Below, in pieces: positions 1 through 8,467 of a DNA stretch of 11,738 nucleotides. The stretch covers positions 1-11,738 of the forward strand of contig JBDRNY010000024.1 in assembly GCA_043810635.1 (NCBI GenBank), read 5' to 3'. A model generated the notes under the pieces. The model made no database searches. It worked only from the letters and a program-made list of their open reading frames with translations, and was not told where the DNA came from. Source of the stretch: Candidatus Micrarchaeota archaeon (GTDB lineage Archaea > Micrarchaeota > Micrarchaeia > Anstonellales > Anstonellaceae). Made by a program: the position numbers and the translations under genes. Every line of letters begins with the position of its first letter. The first letter of the stretch is position 1.

Positions 1-25
1 CGGTGTCCGGGCATAGCAATCCCGG

Positions 26-2482
26 ATGGATTTAGAGCTCGATGACGACGATAGTGACATACACAGCCCCGGGGACGGGGGGGGGGACGGCAAGCTTAAA
101 TACGGTGTTTCAAGCTATGCAACAGAAGGCAGAATTTCAAAAGCATTTGAGAAAATGAAAGATGTATCTGACAAAGAATCTTCTGATCAAGGAAACCGGA
201 TGGCAAGCACCAACACCTACCAATTTGCAGGAGCAGCATTTGGGCTAAAAGAGCTTGAAAAAGAAAGGACTGGAATGCTTAACACTTTTGCAGATGACGC
301 AAACCTTAACGTTAAAACTGCCTCTCCTTATTGCGACAAATATATTGCATCCAATTATGGCCTTGTTACATTGCCTGACGGCGGCAAGAGAAGAAATATC
401 ACTCTTGAAGATGTGCAAAACGCAATGAAAGGCCAGTTTCTTGATGATGCAATAAAAACGCTTGTTGCAGACCGCGTAAGAAAGGAGATGGAAGAAAGCG
501 ACGAGCTTGCACCCTATCTTATTGACGGCGAAGCTCCTTTTTTTGAAAATGCTGAAAATTTCGTAAAATATGTTGGCCAGTTTCGTGCAGGAAAAGACAT
601 AAATTCCCTCTACATCTGGCTTCTAAAATCTGCAATCTTTTTTGCAAGCGATGCCAATGAAGTAGACAAAATGAAATCAGAGCTTAAAGACGCAACTTAT
701 GGAAATGCGAAATTTATAGTTGACAATATTATTCCTGATGCCGCCGCAGCACGAGTGGCGGGCGCAAGGTTTTTTCAAACAGTGGAAGCTGTGGCAGATG
801 CAATAGAAGATTCTGGAGCAAGCGTTGTTTGGGATATAAACAAAGAGCACAAGCTGACGCTTACATTTATGCCTGGATATGGCAGGGCAATAAGCAACCC
901 TGTTGATGAACTAAACACAGACAAATATAAGCCAGATATCGTGAATGCTGCCTCCCAAATTCCCGGCCTTGACGGTGCGACAATAAAGTTTCTTAACATG
1001 TCTGGCTGGGCTGCAAAATATGCATGGACAACTCTTGTACCATGGCTTCCCAAAGGAACAACATTTAGTGCAGAAATAGGCGGCTTTATTTTAATTCCGA
1101 GCGGAGTGCGGGAGTATGGGGAAAATAAATCTGTTACAGGTGCACGTAATACAATAAAAGATGCTTTTTACAACCGCAACATAGGAACTGAAGACCCTGA
1201 TTTGTTTACTATCGGGGAGCGCGCAAAGGAATTGAAAGCTTTGTTTGAAAAGCTGAAAGTCAGGCGGGGAACCAATATATGCGAGAAAATAATAAACCAT
1301 ACTGAAAACTATTCTGAAGGCACCGAGCTTCTTTTGGAAAGCGAAATTGTTGCACTGGATGGGCTTGTAAACGAAGCTCCATTTTCTGGAGGAAAGACAA
1401 GCGAATCCCGTATCGAGCTCGGGACTTTCTCAAATCTCTTCAGCTCTTATTACAGCCACGACCCAATAAAAAGCAACATAAGTGCAGCATATTTCAAATT
1501 TGTTCTTGAATATGATGAGGAGATACTTGAAAATATGCCTGCTACAGTACAGTTTACACTCTGGCCGTCGCTCGGTTGGCTCACCCCTTTTGTTCCCGGT
1601 GCAGTGCCAGACAGCGAATTATATGATGGGATTGTTGGAATAACCCAGCGTGATGTTGCAAAACAAGTGCTGGAAAAATCTCCCCAGCTTCAGGACAAGA
1701 TACCTCCGCTTACATCCAATGTAGATATCGGCTATCTTATCAACATTTCAAAGGATATGGCTGCAAAAATAGGCACTGGTGGCGAATTTAATATAACCGG
1801 TGCTTCCCTTCAGGGGGGGCAGGTGTATGGGGAATATTATTTTGGAAACACAAATTCAAAAATTTCTGTTAATGCAAGAATTTCTGCAGGAGTTTCAAAA
1901 TTCTTGCGAGATTCCTCTCCAATTCCATATTATGGTGGAAGTGTCCAAGCCCATCTTAACACAGGCTTTGGAATGCTTTCAGCAGCAGCAGAATATATGC
2001 AAAATTTCAAATACAGTGCGGGCTTTGAAACATATGGTATAAGGCTTTCCTATACTGCATCAATACGCGATTTGTTTGACAAAGAGTATGAAAAAACACA
2101 AGGAGAAACTTATTTTGATGAAGGCAAGCCAAGAGTACGCTCAGATTTCAACCTGCGGGGCTTTAGGCAGCCCCTAAGTCCAAAAGAAAAATTCATTGAA
2201 TATTACAAAAAAGAAGCTGAGGAAAGCGACAAAGTGGATAGAAAAACCATTCTCGAACTCCAACCAGAGCGTTCAACAAAGAAAAAAACCGAAGAAAGCG
2301 GGCAAACGAAACAAAGCAGAGAGCAAACAGAAAAACCTGAAGAGGGCAGCGGGACAAAATCAGAGCCGAACGTTTATAGGGGGAAGAGCAGAGAGCAAAT
2401 AGAGCAAGAGCAAAAAGAAAAAGAAGTTGAGGAGCAAAAGAAAAAACAATCTCCTGTGCCAAGGCGCAAGGGGAAGAAATGA
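26..2482 (+). CDS. Large hypothetical protein (818 aa): helical N-terminal half, C-terminal amphipathic beta-strand array (putative beta-barrel), charged low-complexity tail
   Basis: Long uninterrupted ORF ending TGA 2480-2482. In-frame TAG at 14-16 means it cannot extend upstream in this frame; the start is uncertain (ATG 26, or internal ATG 200 preceded by AAGGA). Alternating Gly/aromatic strands at ~1709-2062 (NVDIGYLIN, QVYGEYYFG, YYGGSVQAHLN, YGIRLSYTAS). K/E/Q-rich tail at ~2180-2482. No N-terminal hydrophobic segment. Confidence 0.88.
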   Translation: MDLELDDDDSDIHSPGDGGGDGKLKYGVSSYATEGRISKAFEKMKDVSDKESSDQGNRMASTNTYQFAGAAFGLKELEKERTGMLNTFADDANLNVKTASPYCDKYIASNYGLVTLPDGGKRRNITLEDVQNAMKGQFLDDAIKTLVADRVRKEMEESDELAPYLIDGEAPFFENAENFVKYVGQFRAGKDINSLYIWLLKSAIFFASDANEVDKMKSELKDATYGNAKFIVDNIIPDAAAARVAGARFFQTVEAVADAIEDSGASVVWDINKEHKLTLTFMPGYGRAISNPVDELNTDKYKPDIVNAASQIPGLDGATIKFLNMSGWAAKYAWTTLVPWLPKGTTFSAEIGGFILIPSGVREYGENKSVTGARNTIKDAFYNRNIGTEDPDLFTIGERAKELKALFEKLKVRRGTNICEKIINHTENYSEGTELLLESEIVALDGLVNEAPFSGGKTSESRIELGTFSNLFSSYYSHDPIKSNISAAYFKFVLEYDEEILENMPATVQFTLWPSLGWLTPFVPGAVPDSELYDGIVGITQRDVAKQVLEKSPQLQDKIPPLTSNVDIGYLINISKDMAAKIGTGGEFNITGASLQGGQVYGEYYFGNTNSKISVNARISAGVSKFLRDSSPIPYYGGSVQAHLNTGFGMLSAAAEYMQNFKYSAGFETYGIRLSYTASIRDLFDKEYEKTQGETYFDEGKPRVRSDFNLRGFRQPLSPKEKFIEYYKKEAEESDKVDRKTILELQPERSTKKKTEESGQTKQSREQTEKPEEGSGTKSEPNVYRGKSREQIEQEQKEKEVEEQKKKQSPVPRRKGKK
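77..86 (+). repeat. G10 homopolymer in the 5' part of ORF1
   Basis: ccccGGGGacGGGGGGGGGGacGG at 67-90. Confidence 0.85.
2315..2399 (+). repeat. 13-nt direct repeat AGCAGAGAGCAAA (SREQ) in the ORF1 charged tail
   Basis: Copies at 2315-2327 and 2387-2399, 72 nt apart and in frame. Confidence 0.6.
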
Positions 2483-2486
2483 GGAG
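2481..2486 (+). promoter_or_regulatory. Ribosome-binding site of ORF2 (GAGGAG), overlapping the ORF1 stop codon
   Basis: tGAGGAGaatatATG; 5-nt spacing to the ATG. Confidence 0.7.
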
Positions 2487-2491
2487 AATAT

Positions 2492-5400
2492 ATGGCATTC
2501 AAACACTCTGGTCCCGTATTTCTTGCAGTGTCTGCTGCAGGTGCCTGGGCAGGAAAAGATTTTATCCCCCGCTATGCCAGCATTGCCCCCAAAACCCAGG
2601 AATTATGGGCAGAATATACTCTTGATTCCATAAAAAATCTGAAAGAAGAGCTTGGCCAAAATCCGACTTTGCCAAAAATAAAAGCAAAATTTTCCCAGCT
2701 TCCGGCAGATTCGGGCGCTTTTGAAAACTGGCTTAAGAAAAAAGGAATTTCAAATGCCTCCTCTCATGCAGCAAACCTTCGCTCAGCTGCCCAGGATATA
2801 TCTACATCTCCTTATCATGGGATGGTTAATGGATTTAATTCCCTTTTGGAAATGTTTTCTGCAGGAGGCATCCGCGAATCTTCATTTGAGGAGCTGAAAG
2901 AGCTTAAAGTGCTTTTGCGCGAGCTTGATATTGCATTAAAAAACAAATCAAATTTTGAAGATGAAGAAAAAAGACTGCTTGATTTTATATCAAAGGAGGA
3001 AAACCTTCCTGCCGTGAGGATATTAATTGCTGGCGCCTGCATCTCCCCAAAAAAGTTTGCAGACGGGAATTACCAGCATATTATTGACTATTTTTCAGGA
3101 AAATTAAATTTTCTAAAAAATGTTGACAAGCGGACAGAGTTTTTGTATATGCTTTACCGCTCCTGCTTTTGGGTGGACAATATTGCAAAAAACAGCCCTG
3201 TTGAATTTGCTCCATACACACGTGCAAATTTAAATGAAATTTTCAAATTTGGTTTTGAGGTTTCTGAGCAGTGTGAGGGGGAGTGGGCAAGGGTTCCAAG
3301 CCATCTTGAAGGGTTGCGTCCTCTTGTCTATGACTGGATAATAAAGGCAGATGACGCTTTTGCACGGGGCATTGATGTGCTTGAAAGGGGAATGAGAAAA
3401 TGGGCAAAAAATACAAACAAAGATGCATCTGCTGTCACCGGTTTTTCTATTAATAAGGACGCAGTGCTTGCAGGCCTTGAGGAGCGCTCGCTTAATGATG
3501 TTCTGAAGGATTCAGAATTTCGTGAAGTTGTTTGGGAATTAAAAGATAATGATACTGGCGAATATCTTTTCAGGGATGCGTTTAATAATGATAAAAAAAA
3601 TATGACTGAAAGCTATGTTTCAAGCAATTTCTGGTCAGGTGACAGAAGCGATATACGCTATTCAAAAATTGCCTATCTTTTTGACAAGCTTCTTGCAGCA
3701 GCTTCTATGTGGGTTGTTTGGGATACTGTGCTTATGCCTTTTTTGGAATCAGTAAGGCACAACAAAGACACCCAATACATAACTTGGAACAACTCCGGAG
3801 GAAGAAAAATTTTGCATAATAATTTAATCGGCGGGCAGTTGGATGAGCAATTCAAAAAATATCTCCCAAAGTTTTTTGCATGCGGTTTTGCAACACATGA
3901 ATTGGTGCTTGACTGGAGATTGATTAGAAAAGGATGGTATGATGCTGTTGATGAACAAATTATGGGCGTTGATCCGTTGAAATATTATTATGGCTCCCCC
4001 CATAAGCACTCTTTAATTCCCGAAGATGAAAAAATACGCCAGCTTTGTGCAATGCCTCTTGATTATATACTTGCAATCTACCCGCTCATGCCATGGCATG
4101 GAAAACATGTTACTTATTCAACAAATGCCCATGCACACCAGCTTTTGGAATTTTATGCAAGAAAATATCGGGATCAAGAGGAAATTGAATTTAACAAAGA
4201 GGAAGCATATCCAAAAAGGCCAGATGTTTCAAATTATGATGAATCTGCTTTAAATGAAATAATACCAAAACTTCTGCCTGATGGCTCATGGGAGCAGGAC
4301 AAAATATACAAAGTTGCATACCGAAAAATAGAAAAAAATGAAGTAGGCGATATTGTAAGCATTGATATAAAATATTCAAACAGCACAAAAGGAGACCCAA
4401 ATATCAACATCACTTATCAGGAAGCAAAAGACGGAGGATATGGTGAACCATTTTTCTATCTTCCAATGTATGACAAAGACGGCAGGGAAATTCTTGAAGA
4501 AAAAGATGAAATAAACCATGACCCTGAATATAAAACAGACAATGAAACTAACCGAAAGCGCCATGTAGATTGGACAGATAGAAGGAAAAAATATTCTTCC
4601 GAAGCTAACAGGCGCGTGGAGAAAACCAATTATCCATCTTTTGATTTGTTTAATATGCATCGAAAAATAAGCGTAACTGAAGAAACATTGCAATTGCCCC
4701 AGATATCAATATATCCTGTTGGTTATGTACCTGTTTTAAAAGACGGGGAGTCATTTACGTTTAATTACAAATTCTCAATATTTTCTTCAGTTTTTGACCC
4801 TAAAAGCAAAATCCCGCAAGATGTGGAAACAGTTATAATCGCCCCAACAAACAAAGGGATAAGAAATGCAAATGGGAGCAGGTATGTAGGCAAGCTAAAG
4901 GGGTATGAAGGGTGCTATGCATCATTTACAATAGTTTCTCCGTTTGACAAAGACTACCCTGGGCGTATGGGAATAAATACAAAAAAAGATGATTATGGAA
5001 CAGTAACTTTCGAAATAGGCGAAAAAATCCTCCCTTCAACAAAACTTCCAAACACTTTGCAATATTATTCCCAAGACCATACTTCAGAAAAATTGCAGGA
5101 CGAAGAAGGGAATATTGTTGATGCAGACTCGTTTCATATAAAGGCAGGATTTGGGGCCCAGCATGAATATGCAATTATTTCTGCAGGCGCAAGCCCAATA
5201 CTCGGCGGGGGAGAGCAAATTGCAGGGCCTGGCTATGATTTCCGCGGATGGCAGCCATATTTAATCGAAGACCAGCTGGAAGAAGACAAACGCACAATAG
5301 TCAATCCAGGAGTAAAATTTTATGTTGACAGAACTAAAGAGCTTGAATATTGGATTAGTTGTTCTGAAAGCAGGGGGGTTTCACAAGTAGTCCGCCCCCT

Positions 5401-6484
5401 TCCCCGTAGTGGAGGAATTGTCTCCACTGGAGGGGAAATTATTGCAAAATCCACAAAAAAAATGCATAATGGGCAGGCAGTGATAAATCAATCTTATGGC
5501 TGGTTTGGAATACGCTCCCAAGTAAAGCTTCCTTCAAATATAGACCGGCTTGTTTGTAGCATTGACAAAGAAGGAAACTATGCAACTGAAGAGTATATCT
5601 ATCCTGCAAGAAACACTCCAGTACTTGCATCTGCCATAAGTATACATACAATATCTAGTGGGGACATATTTCTAAAGATACATGGAAAGAAAGGCAAGCC
5701 GATTGTCTTGAAATTTTCAGAAAAATCCTTGCGCACAGTGGAATACCTGCCTCCAAACGAAACAATACCTGCCGAATCAACAAAAGATACCCTGGAATAC
5801 GAGCTTGTAGACCCTTCAAACAAAAATTTTGCAATAGGAAAAGTCTGGGCATATTATGACCTAAAAACAGGCAAGTATATGGGGGCAAAAACAAAGATTT
5901 ATTTCAATGATTTGCTTTCTGATGAAAACAAGGGAAAATACTCCAGGTTTGTTTACAAAACAAAAACTGAGGATGTAGGCTATTTAGCAGAGCCGCTTAT
6001 AATGAGAGGCGATGGGCTCGGAAAATATCTCATTAGTTTTGACCTTGATACTGAAAGTGAGCAATATGTTGCTTCAAACACACTGCTTCTCGGAGAATCT
6101 GAAGAAGCTGGGGATGTAATTTGGACAATAAATACAAAAAACAGCCTACCTATGAAATTTGAATCCACTCTCCTACCTGAAAATTCTCCAGTTGCGCAAT
6201 CACTTAAGCAAGAGTATAATGACCCTGATGCACAGGTTTACGAACTAAAATATGGCGGCGTTCCTATATATAACGCAATCAGATATTTTGACAAAGAGGA
6301 AAAGAAGTTTAAGCGGGATATTAAGAGAATAGAAAGCGAGAATTTTGACAAATTTTTGAATATGATATCAACAGGAGGCAATACCCTAAGCTATGGCGGC
6401 GACAAAAGTTATGGCGAGCATGGCTTGTATGGCGGAATTTGGAATTATATTCCAACAAAAACATATGGTGATATGATTGGCTAG
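2492..6484 (+). CDS. Very large hypothetical multidomain protein (1330 aa); possible transglutaminase/papain-like Cys-His core, beta-rich C-terminal half
   Basis: 3993-nt ORF with GAGGAG 5 nt before the ATG; ends TAG 6482-6484. Motifs FAC464GFATHELVLDWRLI and H549QLLEFY. The N-terminus MAFKHSGPVFLAVSAAGAWA could be a weak signal peptide. The CDS is secure; the function is speculative. Confidence 0.92.
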   Translation: MAFKHSGPVFLAVSAAGAWAGKDFIPRYASIAPKTQELWAEYTLDSIKNLKEELGQNPTLPKIKAKFSQLPADSGAFENWLKKKGISNASSHAANLRSAAQDISTSPYHGMVNGFNSLLEMFSAGGIRESSFEELKELKVLLRELDIALKNKSNFEDEEKRLLDFISKEENLPAVRILIAGACISPKKFADGNYQHIIDYFSGKLNFLKNVDKRTEFLYMLYRSCFWVDNIAKNSPVEFAPYTRANLNEIFKFGFEVSEQCEGEWARVPSHLEGLRPLVYDWIIKADDAFARGIDVLERGMRKWAKNTNKDASAVTGFSINKDAVLAGLEERSLNDVLKDSEFREVVWELKDNDTGEYLFRDAFNNDKKNMTESYVSSNFWSGDRSDIRYSKIAYLFDKLLAAASMWVVWDTVLMPFLESVRHNKDTQYITWNNSGGRKILHNNLIGGQLDEQFKKYLPKFFACGFATHELVLDWRLIRKGWYDAVDEQIMGVDPLKYYYGSPHKHSLIPEDEKIRQLCAMPLDYILAIYPLMPWHGKHVTYSTNAHAHQLLEFYARKYRDQEEIEFNKEEAYPKRPDVSNYDESALNEIIPKLLPDGSWEQDKIYKVAYRKIEKNEVGDIVSIDIKYSNSTKGDPNINITYQEAKDGGYGEPFFYLPMYDKDGREILEEKDEINHDPEYKTDNETNRKRHVDWTDRRKKYSSEANRRVEKTNYPSFDLFNMHRKISVTEETLQLPQISIYPVGYVPVLKDGESFTFNYKFSIFSSVFDPKSKIPQDVETVIIAPTNKGIRNANGSRYVGKLKGYEGCYASFTIVSPFDKDYPGRMGINTKKDDYGTVTFEIGEKILPSTKLPNTLQYYSQDHTSEKLQDEEGNIVDADSFHIKAGFGAQHEYAIISAGASPILGGGEQIAGPGYDFRGWQPYLIEDQLEEDKRTIVNPGVKFYVDRTKELEYWISCSESRGVSQVVRPLPRSGGIVSTGGEIIAKSTKKMHNGQAVINQSYGWFGIRSQVKLPSNIDRLVCSIDKEGNYATEEYIYPARNTPVLASAISIHTISSGDIFLKIHGKKGKPIVLKFSEKSLRTVEYLPPNETIPAESTKDTLEYELVDPSNKNFAIGKVWAYYDLKTGKYMGAKTKIYFNDLLSDENKGKYSRFVYKTKTEDVGYLAEPLIMRGDGLGKYLISFDLDTESEQYVASNTLLLGESEEAGDVIWTINTKNSLPMKFESTLLPENSPVAQSLKQEYNDPDAQVYELKYGGVPIYNAIRYFDKEEKKFKRDIKRIESENFDKFLNMISTGGNTLSYGGDKSYGEHGLYGGIWNYIPTKTYGDMIG
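6392..6481 (+). repeat. Five degenerate 18-nt (6-aa) units at the ORF2 C-terminus: YGGDKS/YGEHGL/YGGIWN/YIPTKT/YGDMIG
   Basis: TAT codons at 6392, 6410, 6428, 6446 and 6464 (exact 18-nt period). The first three units begin TATGGCG, and the stop codon follows the fifth unit directly. Confidence 0.6.
6467..6472 (+). promoter_or_regulatory. Archaeal-type ribosome-binding site (GGTGAT) of ORF3, inside the ORF2 3' end
   Basis: GGTGAtatgaTTG; GGTGA is the 3' part of the GGAGGTGA consensus and is commonly used in archaea. Confidence 0.7.
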
Positions 6485-8402
6485 GGCGGCATATAGAACC
6501 GGTCAGGAAGATTTGCAGACGCATGCCCTAGAGTCATTTCTAACAAAAGAGCAGATAAAGAATCATCTTGACATATTATATGAAGGGCCGAAAAAAGACA
6601 GACTTTTGTCAGCCCAGAAGTTGGCGCTTCACTATTCCAAACATGCAAAAAGCGAGCGGGATGTAAGAAGGGGTGCTTTTGATATAGCATATGCCGCAGT
6701 ATATCATTTTGAGGGGGAATTTGAACTCTTTTTCCCGAGACCCGAGCAATGTTCTGAACTCTTGTATAATGCGTTTGTGGCAGCCAAAAACTATCCTGCA
6801 GTGCAAGATGCTCTTCGCACCTATTTGGTAGATGCGCTTTCCTCACAGGAAGGGAATAAGGAAAATTACTCTTACCTCCAAAATTCCTTTAAAGAGCTTA
6901 ATCTTATGCTCAAGAACGAAGGTTTTGAAACAAACTTTGATTTTGTTTTCAGTGATATAGACAAACTACTTAAAAGAAAACCAGGGCCGGAAGAGGAAGA
7001 AAAAACCAGAAAAGAAATCAAGCGCGAAAAATTCTCAAGAAGAGGGGAAAAAGATTTGTATGATGACTCTCCTGCATTAAGCCTTGATGCAAAATCCTTA
7101 ATGAGCCGGCTTTCCAATGCTTCTGATTTTGCAGAATTTCAAAAAAACATGCTTGACTTGTCGTCTCTATCTTCCTATAGTTCTGCTGATTCAGCTGTTT
7201 ATACTCAGGCAAGGCACATATTAGATTCATTTTATGTTCTTAACGAACATGAAAATTTGCTTGGAATAAACCAGAATTTTATATATGAATATGGCAAAGA
7301 AATAACAGAAGGCGAAATAAAAGACCCAAGGCAAGAAAATATACAAAGATGTTTGCAGGTTTTCAAGCGCACTATTGACGCAACCAACTCCTCCCCCCAG
7401 GCACGGCTGGATATTCTCAATTATATGCTAGGTTTAAGGGAAAAGGCTTTCCAATCAATGAAAAACGGGCTTATCGGGGAAAAGATTTATGAGGATTTTG
7501 AGCAGGCTTTGCAGCTTGCAGGGGTTTATGCATTATCAAAATATGGATTTAACTGTGCAGTTGTTGGCAATGCAGATGCAAAAAAAGATAGGCGAAAATT
7601 CTGGCGTATTAAACAAGGCATTGAAAATACTCCTGCTGATGATGCAAGAAAATATGTAACTGCCCACGAAAAATCATTTTACAGCATGCTTCGTCTTGTA
7701 GATGATGGAAACTACATTGACAGAGTTGAAGGAGAGCGGGCTAATTTCATAAACGCGCTCATAGATACTATGTATGGTCCCTCTTTTGTTCCAGCATTTT
7801 TTGCCGCAAAAATTTTAGGAGAGGAAATGAAATACCCAAGCGCTCAATTGAAAATAGAAGTTGCAAAAGCTTTGTTTGAGCGAGCACAGGGAGATCCCCT
7901 TCCAGGAACCGCAGGTCCGCCAAGCTTTACTGTCCCAGCATTTGTGCGCGGAGCTGCTTTGTATTCATTACTTTTGTCTAAGCAGTTTAATGATGTGATG
8001 AATGACGAGCTAAGGGGAAAGGCAGAAGCTTTGGGTGGAATAAGCAAATGGAATTTTGGAATGATAATGGGAGTTTTATTTGTTTCTTCGGGCACATCAA
8101 ACAGGATGTTCGGCTTTAGCTATGTTGACCAAAAACCAAATGAAGATGTATTCTCAGACTATCTTGATCATCTTATGTCTTATTCTGAAAAATGCAAAGA
8201 AGACAGCGGGAAAAATAAAAGCGAGAATATATTTACAAAAAAGCCGGAGGAAGATGCCCCATATAAATTTAAGGGAATCCTGTTTTCACAAAAAGGCTTT
8301 GTAATAAAAATACTTGACCAGGTTTTCCAAAATTCCTTTAATCCTAAATCTGACTTGTATGATAAGGTTTGGAACACATCGAAGATAATAAGAAAACAGT
8401 AG
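6477..8402 (+). CDS. Hypothetical, predominantly alpha-helical protein (641 aa) with HEAT/alpha-solenoid-like segments
   Basis: TTG start 5 nt after GGTGA (6467-6471); overlaps the ORF2 end by 8 nt; ends TAG 8400-8402. Amphipathic helical motifs DVRRGAFDIAY, SPQARLDILNYML and FVRGAALYSLL. Confidence 0.9.
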   Translation: MARAAYRTGQEDLQTHALESFLTKEQIKNHLDILYEGPKKDRLLSAQKLALHYSKHAKSERDVRRGAFDIAYAAVYHFEGEFELFFPRPEQCSELLYNAFVAAKNYPAVQDALRTYLVDALSSQEGNKENYSYLQNSFKELNLMLKNEGFETNFDFVFSDIDKLLKRKPGPEEEEKTRKEIKREKFSRRGEKDLYDDSPALSLDAKSLMSRLSNASDFAEFQKNMLDLSSLSSYSSADSAVYTQARHILDSFYVLNEHENLLGINQNFIYEYGKEITEGEIKDPRQENIQRCLQVFKRTIDATNSSPQARLDILNYMLGLREKAFQSMKNGLIGEKIYEDFEQALQLAGVYALSKYGFNCAVVGNADAKKDRRKFWRIKQGIENTPADDARKYVTAHEKSFYSMLRLVDDGNYIDRVEGERANFINALIDTMYGPSFVPAFFAAKILGEEMKYPSAQLKIEVAKALFERAQGDPLPGTAGPPSFTVPAFVRGAALYSLLLSKQFNDVMNDELRGKAEALGGISKWNFGMIMGVLFVSSGTSNRMFGFSYVDQKPNEDVFSDYLDHLMSYSEKCKEDSGKNKSENIFTKKPEEDAPYKFKGILFSQKGFVIKILDQVFQNSFNPKSDLYDKVWNTSKIIRKQ

Positions 8403-8410
8403 TTTTTATT
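8403..8410 (+). terminator. Possible archaeal oligo-T terminator after ORF3
   Basis: TTTTTATT immediately after the stop codon, with no preceding GC-rich hairpin. Confidence 0.35.
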
Positions 8411-8417
8411 CGAAAAG

Positions 8418-8436
8418 ATGCAGAATGCATTTAAAC
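8418..8436 (+). promoter_or_regulatory. Putative archaeal promoter (TATA-like TTTAAA at 8430-8435) with an adjacent palindrome, upstream of ORF4
   Basis: TTTAAA lies in the only sizeable intergenic gap, about 25 nt before the GGTGG RBS region; ATGCA-gaa-TGCAT at 8418-8430. Confidence 0.45.
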
Positions 8437-8457
8437 CTACCGTGCGTGTATTGGTTT

Positions 8458-8463
8458 GGTGGA
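8458..8463 (+). promoter_or_regulatory. Putative ribosome-binding site (GGTGGA) of ORF4
   Basis: GGTGGAtttgGTG. Confidence 0.5.
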
Positions 8464-8467
8464 TTTG

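Noticed and set aside
14..16. TAG recoding or read-through extending ORF1 upstream
   Set aside because: ORF2, ORF3 and ORF4 all end at TAG next to the following gene start or spacer, and reading through the ORF2 TAG gives no fusion, so TAG behaves as a stop.
3890..3912. ATHELVL as an HExxH metallopeptidase motif in ORF2
   Set aside because: The second His is absent (HELVL).
7914..8100. Transmembrane helices in ORF3 (FVRGAALYSLLLS; FGMIMGVLFVS)
   Set aside because: The segments are short or interrupted by charged residues and fit buried helices better.
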